NCBI RefSeq assembly: GCF_018350175.1
Contig: NC_058383.1
Coordinates: 30,382,001-30,446,000, forward strand
Source: Felis catus
Taxonomy: Eukaryota
Reading direction: 5' to 3'
DNA: 64,000 nucleotides
A program made the position numbers and the translations under genes. The notes under the pieces are model-generated. The model did not search any database and had not been told where the DNA came from. It worked only from the letters and a program-made list of their open reading frames with translations. Positions 1 through 12,879 of this stretch are shown piece by piece (the stretch's first letter is position 1; every line of letters begins with the position of its first letter).

Positions 1-85
1 GGCACCACTTTTTCCCAGAACACAACAACCATCTCTTACCTACATAACCCAAGAGTCTCTGAATCTACTCTTGACTTCTTCCCAT

Positions 86-560
86 CTAGCAATACCACTT
101 TGCGGCCCTGTGGCTAATTTCCTCCAGTCTGTCTTTCAATTCACAGCCTCTCTCTGAAGCTGTGTCTAATCTGCTGTTTAACTCTGAAATAGCGTTTTTC
201 ATTTCAATAGGGAGATTCTTGATTTCTATAAATTTTAGTTGGCTTAAAAAATCTTTCTCTCTTTTTTTATAACATCTTCTGCTTTCATTATGATCTCTCA
301 TCCTTCTTTTATCTCTGTGGTCATTTTCAACAAACTTATTTTATAGTCTTTTCCAGATGGTTCTATAGTCTCAAGTTCTTGAGATGCTATTTCTACATAT
401 TCTGCCTGTTAACTTTCCTTTATGTAATATGCCTAATCATGCAGTCTGTAATATTTTAATTGTGAGCCCACCTTCAACATAGGTTCTTTATTCTGTAAAA
501 CTCCTGTGAGCCTAGGGATACAGAGGTTACCCTACAAAGAGATCTTGATCTCAGGTTTCC
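86..560 (-). mobile_element. Ancient L1/HAL1-like fragment (ORF1 coiled-coil region)
   Basis: Minus-strand translation IEMKNAISELNSRLDTASERGCELKDRLEEIS resembles the L1 ORF1p heptad region; degraded, boundaries approximate. Confidence 0.6.
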
Positions 561-859
561 TGGGCCCTAGAGTAGTTAATGCTTTCATTGCCCAGGATGG
601 AATTTCTAACCCAGGTGTGTACATCCACACGTAACACAGATTCAGCCTTTCACTTTCTCACCAGAAATCTTTTCCCAACCTTGAATCCTGGGCAGGCAAG
701 GACCTCCCTTGGACATGTGGACAGAGTTTCTCTAGCCCATTAACAAAAGAGGACAAGTTCTAGCCTTATATGGGAGTGCCAGTTAATAACATATTAATTG
801 ACTAATAATATATTGTCACAGGGGACAAAGGGGGCCCAGGGTAAATAAAAAAGATTAAG

Positions 860-965
860 AGAACACTTATCATGATGAGCACCAAGAATTGCTGATTCAT
901 TCTATTGTACACCTGAAGCTAATATAACACTGTATGTTAACTTACTGTAGTTCAATTAAACTAAA
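860..965 (+). mobile_element. L1 3' terminal fragment (carnivore/L1MA-type)
   Basis: tattgtacacctgaagctaatataacactgtatgttaac followed by an A-rich end matches the L1 3' UTR terminus. Confidence 0.7.
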
Positions 966-1345
966 GAAATGATATCTTCTATAGGTGCTCATGGCCAGCT
1001 TAAACAAATGATCAAAAGCCCAACAGGAAAAGGAGAGCTACAAGAATGCACACCCAACTATCCTTTGCAGAGTCATATAGGAAAGACAAATCTAATATTG
1101 AGTTTAATTAAGAAGTGACCAGCAAGAGATAACCATGAAGCCAAGACTCCAGAGATGAAAGTACCAAAAAGAGAAAAAAATAGATATATACAAATTAATA
1201 TATGATAATATATATCAAATAATTCTATATGTTTTACGAAGGGAAATAGCTATGCCACTTGAGTCTGCCATTATTGCCAAGTCTATTCTCCCTACATCAT
1301 CACTAACAGAATGATAGTTCGAAAGCACAAATCTTATCCTGTACC

Positions 1346-1347
<2 letters not shown>

Positions 1348-1398
<51 letters not shown>
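1348..1398. repeat. (CA)n microsatellite
   Basis: Direct: long ca tract. Confidence 0.98.
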
Positions 1399-1399
<1 letters not shown>

Positions 1400-1539
1400 C
1401 CTCATTCCTGATACCCACTCCTGCTTACCTCCATTTAATGTCTTTCCCTCAACTAAAGAGCCAAATCTCTATCCTCATCTCTTACAAAACTCCTCCCCTG
1501 TCTACCTCCAGCCACCCTGGCCTTCCCCCAACAAGTAGG

Positions 1540-1900
1540 TCTCCAAAAGACCTTCCCACCTTGGAGATTATGCACAAGCTGTTTCCTCTGCCTGGAATGT
1601 TCTTCCATCTGCTCAACCCCCACCCCTGGTTAATTTCTCTTCATTCTTTAGATCTCAATTAGAACATCACTCCCACAGAGAAAGCTTCCTGGCCCCAAAC
1701 TAGGTCGGGTCATTTGGTTCTATGTTCACACAATACCCTGAACATCTTATCTTCATAGCACTTACCATGACTGTCATTTCAATCGCACAAAGAGTAGTTT
1801 AATTTTTTGTCTTTCCCACCGGACTGTAACCTCCAGAAAAAGGAACCCATCTGGATTGTGTACCGCCAGACCCCCCACTGTCTAGCACAATAAAAATTTG
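1540..1900 (+). mobile_element. L2 LINE 3' fragment
   Basis: gctgtttcctctgcctggaatgttcttcc...gactgtaacctcc...tctagcacaataaa resembles the L2 3' end. Confidence 0.6.
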
Positions 1901-2184
1901 CTACAGAAATGCAAGCCCCCTGGTGCCAGCCCTCTCTGGCACCCTCACAAACGTGCACCTGAGCTCAGTGCACTTTCCCACAAGCCTCTTCTGAAGCAAG
2001 AATGCTGTTGTCTGGGAGGCGTGTTCACCACATGATCAAAATTTTCTTCTAAGCGGCAGGGGGTCATTGAGTTCATGGGAACTTATTGCCACAAACCAAC
2101 AGCCGCTTTCTGAGCTGCCTGTTTTCAAAAAGCAGCAGCAGGAGGAGCCTTGCTGGGTTTGTTTGATGGGTATGTTTGGGCAGG

Positions 2185-2300
2185 TTTGATCTTGAGTCTG
2201 CCCTACTCTCTTTATGAATTTGGGTCACTTGGTCTTTTCTGGGCCTCAGTTTCCTGGTTTGTACAATAAAGGGGCCGGTCTAGATAATCTACAAGAGACT
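2185..2300 (+). mobile_element. MIR fragment
   Basis: Core motif tctgggcctcagtttcctggtttgtacaat. Confidence 0.6.
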
Positions 2301-2531
2301 GCTCTGGTTATTTATTTTTTTTTTTTTTGAGAAAGCTGACAACACTAAAAACCTCACCGCAAAAGGCAGAAAGAACTTTATACCTTCGCCTGACCCCCTT
2401 AAGCCCTAGCGCCAATATGAGCTTGAGTAAGAAACATGGTCTCTCTACATCAGTTCCCAAATCTATAAATCAGAGTTAATCACAAGCCTTATGTCCCTCC
2501 CCCATTTGTCACCAGATTGTATCCAGCATGG

Positions 2532-2986
2532 TGTAGTGGGTGCCATTGGTGCCCTGCCCAGATTCCTTTCACTGGGGGGGGGGGGGGGGGGGGAGGGGGA
2601 GGCATTCCCAGATGCTATGAATGATGATTGCTAATGACTCACAGCCACTCTCTTCCATGGAAAATTGGCTCCAACTGAATGGGAGTTGCCTCACCAGTGA
2701 GGTTACGCCCCCCCAGCCCCTTGGAGCCACCCACAAATGATGACTGAATAACACAGGGGCACAGAAGGCCAGACCCTTTGCCTTAAAGTGGGGCCAGCAA
2801 TTGATATCCCAGAGTCTCCCATGGGGTCAGGCTGAAGACCAGCTGAGACCACCACAGTCTTGCTGAGCTCCTCCCCCTGAACTATTTGCTTTTCTCGCCA
2901 ACCTTCTCCGGAAAGCCTCCCTCAATAAACCACTCGTGCAAGAACCCCCGTCTCAGAGTCCGCTTCTATAAAACCCAATCAAAGAC
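2532..2986 (+). mobile_element. ERVL solo LTR (LTR16-like)
   Basis: Starts tgtagtgggtgccattggtgccctgcccagattcc; ctcaataaacc polyA signal; ends tctcagagtccgcttct...aaagac. Confidence 0.65.
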
Positions 2987-3649
2987 TCAAAAGGAGGCAC
3001 TCTTGCTTCGCCTACATCATCTCATGTAATGCCTATGGTAATCCTCAGAATAACTCACTCATAACACCACTGCATTGAGAAAGCATAAGGCCGAGAAGAG
3101 ACTGGGTGACTTGTCCAAGCCCAAGTCTTAGCACATCCCCATCCCATTCCCTCACCAGACCCACGGAGCAGCCAGCATGAGGCCCAGTGGGGGCCAGGAG
3201 AGACAGAGCAGGAGAAATAGCATCTACTTCTCAGGTGACTCCTTTACCAGCCAACAGGGGGGTCCCACGGTTGGCTGCTCACGCCCCAACCTTTAAGGGC
3301 TGAGAAAGTCCAGGTCCACCCGGCACAACGGTTCTGAACCAGGCACACATGTGGCAGAGTTTTTAGGGAGGGGAAGCTTCAGACCAAGCTGGTGGAGCAA
3401 ACCACTGGCAAAGTTGACCCAAACCAATTTCTGCACAAAGAGGCGGTAAAGAAGGTGATGGACTCTCTTGGGGAGCCAAAGATTTTCTCTAAAATGTGCA
3501 CCTTGAGAACCTATGGACAGGATAAACTTTCCATCTTTTCCTTATTCCCATTTTATTTAAGGGAGGGCTTGTAAGAAACAGACTTCCGCCCCTTACCCAT
3601 CCACTCACGCATATAAAATCTACAACTGCAGACAATAGCTTTTAGGACC

Positions 3650-4203
3650 TCCTCAGTGTCCAGTCTCCCCTCTCCTTTCAATCCGACCTGGTTTCTCATT
3701 CAGGGAATTCACCTCCACTCCAATCTCAGCCACGTGGTTTTGGCAGAGTGAGCCATCCCTCAATTCCATGGATTGACCTTCATACCAGCCCCCACCCAGT
3801 GACTGGTTCAGGGTACAGCACACTGGCCAATTTGGACCAATGAGAAAGAAAAGATGCCAGGACTTGAGTAGGAGGTATCTGAAGAGACACTCTTCTATGA
3901 ATGCCGTGGGCTGAAGATGCCAAGTCTGCAGCTGTTGCAGCCATTTGGGGGACCAGAAGAAGACAGTATGGAACTCTTGATGACCCACAGAGACGCGCCC
4001 CGAGGATGGGGCTATTACCATGGAAAGACAAAGTAAGAGGAAATCGGGTCTTTAAACCACTAGATCAAGCCCTACCTGAACTAAATCAAGATCATCTCTT
4101 GATTTTCCTGTTGTGTTAGTCAATAAGTTGCATTGATTTTTAAGTCCGAGGGATTTGTAGTTTTGGGTTTTTTTGCATACAATGCAAAAGTTCTTAAATG
4201 GTA
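3650..4203 (+). mobile_element. MaLR LTR (old MLT1, J/K/L-like)
   Basis: ccagtgactggttcaggg...ggaccaatgaga, gcagccattt and gatcaagcc motifs plus an MLT1-type 3' end. Confidence 0.6.
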
Positions 4204-6324
4204 TGTATCTACTCTGTGTGTTCTCAAAGGAGTCAAACACTTCTGGTTAATGCCTTACTTGCCCTCAGTGAATTCACCCTGACAAAATCCCCTGTCCTTT
4301 TTTTCTCCCCATCGGGGTTTCCTGTTGTTGTCATTGTTGTTGGCTCGGCAATTACCTAATGAGTTGTTCAGTGACTCCTAAGTACGGCAAAACACTGAGA
4401 AGATATTTAGTGCAGTCCCCTGATTCCACTCATAATTTCAATTTTGAATCTAGATTCTGGGCAGTAAATTGTTCATCTCCCCCTCCCCCACTTGCGAGTT
4501 GATCCTGTTGAGAGGTAAAGGCCATCTCAGAAGCTGAGTTGAGAAATATTCTGAAATCTGATCCTGCCTGGAAGAAAGGCGGTGATTACCCGATGATACA
4601 CATCACAGACATAGGACTTAAAAGCAGGAGGGTGGGGGAGAGAAGGGGCACTAGCTGACCACCTTGAATCAAAACCATACCTTGAAGTCCTGCTACAATG
4701 TCTGACTTTCCTGGCAGCTACAGAGTCCTTCCTCGTGTCCCACATAAATAATTCACATTGCAATTTCGGTCCAGCTAAGGAATTCGCCTATTCACAGTGG
4801 CCGTTGAGGACCAGCTTGGCAGCCTCGTCTGACCCGGTTACGTTCCTGATAAAGAGTGTTATGAAGTTGTCTTGTTCACCTCTTCTTCTTCCAGAGACTA
4901 AATGATGACCCCTTCCCATAGCTCCGCGTCCAAATCCAGATGTGGCCCTCCCTCTCTGTGTAAAATGACCACAAAGCCCAGATCACTAACAGGCTCTGAC
5001 TCTGTGTCTCATGTTTTGCTATCCATTCTTGGATACAGCAAAAACTCCCTGGACTAAGAATCAGAGGAGACTAGGAATGGTTTCGAAAACCCCAATCCTC
5101 CGTGATGTAACAACCCCCTTCTTTCACAGCATGCCTATTTTACATCTCCAATAGCAGTCAATGCATGGCTAAGTCTGGACGTTAATCAGTCGCTGCAAAG
5201 CGCTAGCCAGGATCCTGGTAAATGACAACTAGGGAAAAGGAGGCCCCATGCATACACATGCCATGACCCTGCTCCTGTCACACCTGCTCTCAGGAAATTT
5301 CTTCGGTGTCTGTGGTCTCAGCGAGACTGAGTCATCATGTTTTAACCGGCCAAAGAGTAGACATAAGATCCAAGCTAGACCAATAGGATTCTTCCCGGGA
5401 CCTCAACCCTCACCTGGAAGGAAAGAAGGTTGAGAGAAAGGTGGAGCTGACCATGTGGTGTATCCAGACAAGACTGTCAGGCTGTCCTGCTTCCCACACA
5501 CTTGGAGTTGCCCTAAGTCCTGGTTCCCTAGCCTTCCCTTCTCTTACGCATTCATTCCATTTCCATTTCACGTATGCCAGCCCAGGTCGGGTTCTGCAGC
5601 GTGCATCAACAAACATTTAAAAACCTTAATAACATAGTTTAAACAATCAGCATTTCACATTTTGGGTTGGCAGTCCAAAAGAGTTTGGGCCTGGGAATCA
5701 ACGGCACAGATTCTCCAGGTATAAACCAAGTCTTGCCATGGTAACAGAATCCTGTCAAGGAACCACAGTGATCTGAAATTACTTTTGTGATGTTTATCTA
5801 ATGTCTCGTTAAAATTAGGCAAATCAAGGGGAATGTGCATGCCATCAAGCTGAGCCAGCACTGTCAGGAGAAAATGGATCATCCGGGGGCAAAAAATTGT
5901 TTACAGGCTGTCGTGATTGGCACAAATGCCTTCCTTTTGTTAAAGCACTTTTGGGAAAAAAAAAAAAAAGAAAGAAAAGAAAAGAGTGTAACTTTCTAAT
6001 TGCACAGCACAAACTGGTTAATAGTGGAACGGTTTTCACATTGTCATTCTTAATAGCCCACCATCTTTTTTTTCTGCACTTCTTTAGTTCATTCCCCTAG
6101 AATGCTGATCACAGTAATAACAATATGCAGCAAAGTTTACATTACTCAAGGTACAGGACTAAGTACGTTCCCTGAATTCTCTGAATTCTTCCTCACCAGA
6201 CACCACGAAGTAGGATCTATCAGCGACCATGAGAAAACGGAAGCTTAGCAAGAACTAACTCCCAGTGGGCAAAGCTTGTAAGGCACACAGCCGGGATCTA
6301 GTGTGTCCTCAAGTACTAGGTCAC

Positions 6325-6560
6325 GGCATTTACTCAGCATCTACTATGTGCCAGGCGCTGTGCTAGCCATTTACAGAGGCTCTCTGTCGCATTTAACCCT
6401 CACCCCGATCATCTGAGGCAGGTGTTCTTTATCCCCATTTCACAGAAGAGGAAGCTGAGGCTCAGAGAGGTTAAGTAACTCACACAACGTTGCTCAGCTC
6501 GTGTCAAACACAGGCTGCTTGGCCCCCTCGGACTCCCACCTCTTAACCACTCCGTTATGC
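6325..6560 (-). mobile_element. MIR
   Basis: atccccatttcacagaagaggaagctgaggctcagagaggttaagtaact is the antisense MIR core. Confidence 0.85.
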
Positions 6561-7242
6561 CTCCTCTAGAGGAGGTTAGACGTACCCTTCCCTTTCTCCC
6601 CCTAACTAATCCCCAAAGTATCTTCGAAGCATTTGTGCAGCCCCCAGCTTCAGGGTCTAGTACTGGGCTTCACATCCTTTAGGAATCTCCCTCAGTGAGT
6701 TGCTGCAGGACTAAGTGAATTGCTTTTATAATCTACCAAACACTTAGAACGGTGCCTGACACAAAGTAAATGCTATACAACACACTTGCTTCTTTTCTTT
6801 CTTATCATTGTTACTACTTAAGAGAATCAAACGAGCACCTGTTTCCATTTCAACTGTTTATGTGTTTATTACAACCATTATGGTTTTATTGAATAAAGCA
6901 GGTCCCCCTGGGATTTTTATCGCTTAAGTTTCTATTCATCCTTCTTGGCTTCTTTTTACTTGTTTTTGCCACCACATTTTTACGACTGTAGTGTAACTCC
7001 TCGCGTGTCCTTACAAGTAATCAAAACAGAGGAATATATATGTATCTGGCTTTTCGTTAATGTAAACTGGACTTCTGCCTCCCAATTAATCCCGATGAAT
7101 TAAAACTGGCTGTAATTAGCAACTGGGTACAGCATGCCTCACCCAATTCTCCCACCCACTCTGACCTTCAGAAGATTTGCACTGAGTACCTGCCTTTCAC
7201 CCAAGCTAGGGAGAGCTGCCACTTCTCATCTGGGCAACGAAA

Positions 7243-7845
7243 GTGTAGTGGACGCCCTTGGGAGTGTTTCCCCAACCCCCACCTTTCTCAGGACTGCCCC
7301 CCAACACATGGAAATGGGCCACTGGGGTCATTTTTATACTAAGCAAGCCCTACCTGCTTCCTGGCCATTCCGGATTGGACCAGACAGGACCACCTGATCC
7401 AAACTAGGCCAATCAGATTCTCCCTGCTGAAAATCTGAAATTGATAGTAAGAGACCTCCCTTGATCTGGGTCTGTGTTTGAACTAAGGGGTCAAGTAAGT
7501 TTGGAGGTCCAGAATTTGATTTTTCAAGGTCATCTTCTGCCGTGGGGGTAAGGTAGGGAAAGCTGGTCTGGACATGGAGAGGGAATGAAAAAGAAAATGA
7601 GGGGGTGGAGGAGCAGAGAGAGAGGAGTAAGAGAGAGATGGAACCCTAAGATCTGAAGCTGTTCATGCAGAGAGAAGGCAGACCCCTAGCCTTAGTGGTC
7701 CAGTTCCTGGCCCAGATGCCTGCTGATGCTGGGCTGTCCTGACCCTGAAGTCTGTGCAATGTCCCTGGGGCTTCCCAATAAAGGACGCCTTTTTGCTTTA
7801 TCCACCTTAAGTGGGTTTCTGCTTCTTGTCTCAAAACCATCGTTA
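7243..7845 (+). mobile_element. ERVL solo LTR (LTR33-like)
   Basis: tgtagtggacgcc start, cacctgatccaaactaggccaatcagattctcc motif, cccaataaa and gtgggtttctg end. Confidence 0.6.
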
Positions 7846-8336
7846 CCAAGGTGTTGCTGACACCAAGAGGTAATGAATGCCCCTGTGATTTTCATTCATG
7901 GAAATAGCCCTAACAGTGATTTCTTCATCAATTCAACAAATATTTACTGAGGGCCTACTATGTGCCAGTGCCATGATGGCATTGAGGATATAGTACCGAA
8001 CACACATACAGACGTCTATGACTCTGTGGAGATGATAATTCTTGGGAAAGAATGGAGGGAAGATAAGGAAACCAATTATTCCAAGATGCTATGGCTGACA
8101 CAACATAATGAATCTTCAAGAAGCCCGCCCAGCCTTCTGCAGGAGCAACAGACAGGCCTTGGAGCTGCAGGGAGGTAGTGGGAAGAGAGGGCGGAGGTAG
8201 TGGGAAGAGAAGGCAGAGGCAGAGAAAGGACTGGATGAGGGCCTGCAAACAGGACTTTCTCCTGGATTGAGTTATTTGTAAGGTCAAACAGACCTTGAAA
8301 CAAGTGGACGAAACTCTGTTGTTCCATACCTCAAAA

Positions 8337-8337
<1 letters not shown>

Positions 8338-8382
<45 letters not shown>
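8338..8382. repeat. (TG)n microsatellite
   Basis: Direct. Confidence 0.98.
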
Positions 8383-8384
<2 letters not shown>

Positions 8385-8531
8385 AAAAGGAGTCAACTAG
8401 AAGGTAATGAAGTTAATGAGTTGTATCATATGTAATTTATACCTTGGTGCCTCACACAAAGGTGCTCGGATTCGGAACGTTTGCTGAGACAAACTGGCAT
8501 TGCAGAAATAACAAAGTATCTGAAGCTAGAC

Positions 8532-8763
8532 CAGCGGTTCTCGGCGGGAGATGATTTTGCTCCCAGGAGACAGTTGGCAATGTCTGGGCACACTTTTGGT
8601 TGTCACAACGCTGGGGGCAGGGCACTACTGGTTTCTAATGGGTAGAGGCCAAGGATGTTGCTAAACATCCCACAATGCACAGGGCAGCAACCCCCCCCTC
8701 CCCCCCACACACAAAACGGTCTGGTCCAAAATATCAACAGCACCAAGGCTGAGAAATGCCATG
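8532..8763 (+). mobile_element. MER20 hAT-Charlie DNA transposon
   Basis: cagcggttctc...gattttgctcccaggagacagttggcaatgtctgg...ggttgtcacaac...gggtagaggccaaggatgttgctaaacatcccacaatgcacagg...gctgagaaa matches MER20. Confidence 0.88.
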
Positions 8764-9657
8764 GGAAACAAATCTTCATGGTACCTTAGGTCACCTGTGT
8801 GACCTTTGGCAGGCTACTTTTTCCTTGGGCCTTATTTTGTCTTCTACAGGACAGGAATCAATAATACCTTCAGGGTAGAGCTTTTATGAGGGTCAAAAGA
8901 TAACGTATAGGAAGCACTATGCATACAGGAGACCATCAATAGATATTCTTAACTGAACGGGCCGTTCCTGTTCAGCCATGGCTGAATTTTCAGAACCAGA
9001 AGGATCCCTTCGGGGGCCCACAGCCACAGCTGACGCTCCTCCTAGCCCAGCCTGGAGATTTTCATGGTTAGACACCTTCTTCCCATCTTCCTATCTCTTG
9101 CAAGAGTAAGGCAGAGCAGAGCATCTTGGGTTCAAAAGACGGTTCCAAAGGTTCAAATCATGAAGGATGTGCTCAGGAGCTGTTGGCTTTAGGGCCTGAA
9201 AGGCCAGGCAAGCGTCTCTGGCCACCCCGCCCTCTGTCTCCGGAGGGGCCAACACCAGGTGTTGGAGATGAGAACACAGTGAATAATGGAAACCTTCTCA
9301 AGTATGTAAGTACGTGGCATGTTGACTTCATTACACCATCCAAGCAGATGATCAGGAAATTTCCACATTCCTGCTCTGCTTTCTCAGGGGTCCGGCCCCC
9401 AGATGTGGATTAGGGAGTCAAGCGTCATGCCTATCCTGGTAATTGTGTGCAGTGTGCCAGAATGCATTTACAGTGCAGGGCAGGTGTGGAGTCCTAAGTG
9501 GGTACATGGGTCTCTACCACAAACCACCTTCACCTCCTTCCCTTGCCAAGAGCGGAGAAGCAGAGATACCGAGCAAAAACAGAATAGTAACAATGATAAT
9601 GGTAAAAAATAACAATGCTCCTGCAAGCGTAGGGAGCTGGCTAAAGTAGGGTGTCCC

Positions 9658-9893
9658 GGGGCGCCTGGGTGGCTCAGTCGGTTGAGCGTCCGACTTCAGC
9701 TCAGGTCATGATCTCACAGCTCGTGAGTTTGAGCCCCGCGTCGGGCTCTGTGCTGACGGCTCAGAGCCTGGAGCCTGCTTCTGCTTCTGTGTCTCCCTCT
9801 CTCTCTGCCCCTAACCCACTCACATTCTGTCTCTGTCTCTCTCAAAAATAAATAAACATTAAAAAAAATAAAAAATAAATAAATAAATAAAAA
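9658..9893 (+). mobile_element. CAN-SINE (SINEC_Fc-type), full length
   Basis: ggggcgcctgggtggctcagtcgg head, CT tract, A tail; perfect 16-bp TSD taaagtagggtgtccc (9642-9657, 9894-9909). Confidence 0.97.
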
Positions 9894-10155
9894 TAAAGTA
9901 GGGTGTCCCTCAGCTGGCCTGGAATGAGCAAGCAGGGGAGGAGAGACAAAGGTGTTTACCTGCAATACTCACGAGTGCTAAATTCTCCCAAATTTGACTA
10001 TGCCTGAAAATCACCATAGACGCTTGTTAAAACTTAAACATCCTTGGGTTGACTTGGTTTGGGTGGGCAAGTACTGGGGCCTATGTATCTGCACACCTGG
10101 ACAGGTCCTGCTCTAAGCCAGGTCTTACTATACACCAAGATCACCTGGCAGGTTT

Positions 10156-10580
10156 TGTGTCGGTTTCCCTTGGCGGTCTCAACAAATGGCCACAAACAAG
10201 GTGGTTTACAACAGAAACGTGTTCTCTGACAGTTCTGGAGGCTCTAAGTCTGAAATCCAAGTGCCTGCAGGCTGGCTTCCTTCTGGAGGCTCTCAGGGAG
10301 AACCCACTGCATGCTCCTCTCCTAGATTTGGGGGGCTGCTGGCTTCTCCGCCACCACTCCAATCTCTTTCTCCGTCTTCACGTGGCTTTCACGTCGTGTC
10401 CTTTTCCCCTTTTCTGCCCTTGTAAGGATACTTGTCATTGGATGTGGGGCTCATCCTAACTCCAGAAGATCTCTTCTCAAAATCCTTACCTGAATTAGAT
10501 CTGCAGAGGCCCCTTTCCCAAATAAGGTCACACACACAGGTTGCAGGTGGACATACCTTTTGAGGGGCGACCAGTCAACA
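10156..10580 (-). mobile_element. MLT1 (C/D-like) MaLR LTR inserted into a MER5A-like element
   Basis: acagttctggaggc...ccttctggaggctct...taaggatacttgtcattgga...cccaaataaggtcaca; MER5A pieces on both flanks (atcacctgg.. / ..tttctaacaagttctcaggagatgctgatgct..). Confidence 0.8.
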
Positions 10581-10981
10581 CAGATTGATGGTTTCTGGGC
10601 TCCATCCCCAGAATTTGTATTTCTAACAAGTTCTCAGGAGATGCTGATGCTCTGGACCAGGCACCACACTTGGAAGACCAGTGCCACAGGCAAAACAATC
10701 CACGCCCACGTGATCAGATGTTCTGGTATTTAAGCACTAATGTCAGATGTGTGTGCTGAACAGACTATGACAGATGGTAGACTTTTGCCCCCATCTTTCA
10801 TCCTTGACCACCTAATAAGTCCCTGCCCTGACTCCCTAGTGACCCCAATTAATCTTCAGGAGGCAGGAAGACCTACAGTACAAGAAAAGAGAGGTTGGGC
10901 TTAAGCCAGACCCAACTTTGCATCTTGCCAGGTGTGTGAGTTTGAGCCTGCTTCCTCCTTTGTAACATGGGGAGAAGAATC

Positions 10982-11187
10982 TTTTTTTTTTTAAGTTTAT
11001 TTATTTATTTAGAAAGAGAGAGAGAGTGGGGGAGGGACAGAGCAAGAGGATGAGAGAGAGAATCCCAAGCAGGCTCCACAATGTCAGTGCAGGGCTTGAC
11101 ACGGGACTCGAACTCACAAACCATAAGAGCATGACCTGAGCTAAAAGCAAGGGTTGGGCACTTAACCGACCGAGCCACCCTGGCACC
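10982..11187 (-). mobile_element. CAN-SINE inside a MIR
   Basis: Antisense SINE; 14-bp TSD tggggagaagaatc (10968-10981, 11188-11201). Confidence 0.95.
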
Positions 11188-12314
11188 TGGGGAGAAGAAT
11201 CGTGACTGGCCCAGTCATAGTTCCTGAGAGGCTTAATGGACTGTGGGTATAAATGAAGCCACTGCCACGGCTAAAACTCTCAGCGAGCCAGCAGTCCTGA
11301 TGTGTGACGGGCACATGGTGGCTGGAAGGACTCTTGGCTCTAATTTTGCCACGTGACTGCAAGGGAATGTGTCTTGCCCCCTCCCTTCCTCTCCTGGCCC
11401 TGCAGAGCCCCAGATTCTTCCCCTCTGGCCAATTTACTGCCTGGCCACATCTCCAGAATGGACAGTGGCAAGCAATCGCTCGAGGTTGCCCACCTCCACT
11501 GCGTTTCCCAAGGATGTGCCTCATTAGCTTTGATCTGGCCGGCTTACTTGCATTGGGTCCCTGGTTTATTTCCAGCCACCACTTTGCAACATCACTGAAC
11601 TGGCTTTGACACTTTCAGGACACTAGGGTGATGGCCTGGGCCAGCCAGCTGCCCACTAGGAGACAGATGGGCACCAAGGCCCTGAGAAGGGACTGAGCTG
11701 GAATCTGGGACAAGGGATCATCTAATCTCCTGGGACCACAGAGGAGTGGCATCCTCGGAACGATAAGGTAGCAAGGAGGCCTTCAGCAATTCAGGAGGTG
11801 TTCTGGTGTCAGAAAGGCTTGGGTTTCAAACCAGAAGGCATCGCTAGCTAGCTGTGTGAACTCCAGAACTTCTTCAGCCTCGCAAAACCTCAACTACTCT
11901 ATCTGTAAAATGGAGATCACGAGGGAAAGTGCCTCACGGGGTGTTGACAGAAATCAGTGAAATAATCGACGTTGAAGGGTTTAGCAGACGGCCCACCCAG
12001 CAGAGAGAAAGCACTCTGAAGCACCCTGCCAGCCGATTCCTCTCTCTCCCACGGGACAGGCACAGGGCCAGAATTACAGGCCCCCAAGACCCCAAGTGGA
12101 TGCATACAGGACTCTGGTCACTCTTTTAATACACAGAACATACAATTTACCACTCATCTGTGGCATTAGGTACCTTCACGTTGTTAGAGGACCATCACCA
12201 ACCATCCATTTCCAGAAGCCCTTGTCATTCTTGAAAGATGAGGAAGCAGGTGTGATGTGTTAGTTCCTGAGCACCCCAGGCCTGCATGAAGCAGTGGGCT
12301 ACTCAAGAAAGACT

Positions 12315-12520
12315 GGGGTGTCTGAGTGGCTCCGTGGGTTAAGCATCTGACTCTTGATCTCAGGTCCTGATCTTACAGTTCGTGAGTTCGAGCCCTACAA
12401 TCGGGCTCTGCGCTGATGGCAAGGAATCTGCTTAGGATTCTCTCTCCCTCTCTCTCTGCCCCTCTGCCTACCTGCCCCCTTCTCTGTCTCTCAAAATAAA
12501 TAAATAAACTTAAATAAAAA
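12315..12520 (+). mobile_element. CAN-SINE (older subfamily)
   Basis: ggggtgtctgagtggctc head, gactcttgat variant, CT tract, A tail. Confidence 0.92.
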
Positions 12521-12529
12521 GAGAGAGAA

Positions 12530-12727
12530 GGGTGCCTGGGTGGCTCAGTCAGTTGAGCATCTGACTTCAGCTCAGGTCATGGTCTCATGGTTCATGAGTT
12601 CAAGCCCCACGTCGGACTCTGTGCTGACAGCTCAGAGCCTGGAGCCTGCTTTGGATTCTGTGTCTCCCTCTCTGAGCCTCCCTCGCTTGAGCTCTGTCTC
12701 CTCTCTCAAGAATAAATAAACATTTAA
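12530..12727 (+). mobile_element. CAN-SINE directly following the previous SINE
   Basis: gggtgcctgggtggctcagtcagttgagc...aataaataaacatt. Confidence 0.94.
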
Positions 12728-12879
12728 GACACACAGAGAGAGGGAGAGGGAGCGAGAACAGCAGATCAAAGGACAGGGCTGGGGGAAGCCATCTCATCCA
12801 TGCCCCTGCCTCCATAAGCAGTGATCCCACATGTTCCATCCCTTCCCTATAGTTCCCAGGCAAAGTGGCTTAAATACAG

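Noticed and set aside
9126..9320. Possible exon ending at GTAAGT (about 9306)
   Set aside because: Isolated donor-like motif with no convincing acceptor, coding signal or partner exons.
9658..9740. tRNA gene (A-box/B-box-like motifs)
   Set aside because: The motifs belong to tRNA-derived CAN-SINE heads followed by a CT tract and A tail; the same applies to all other copies.
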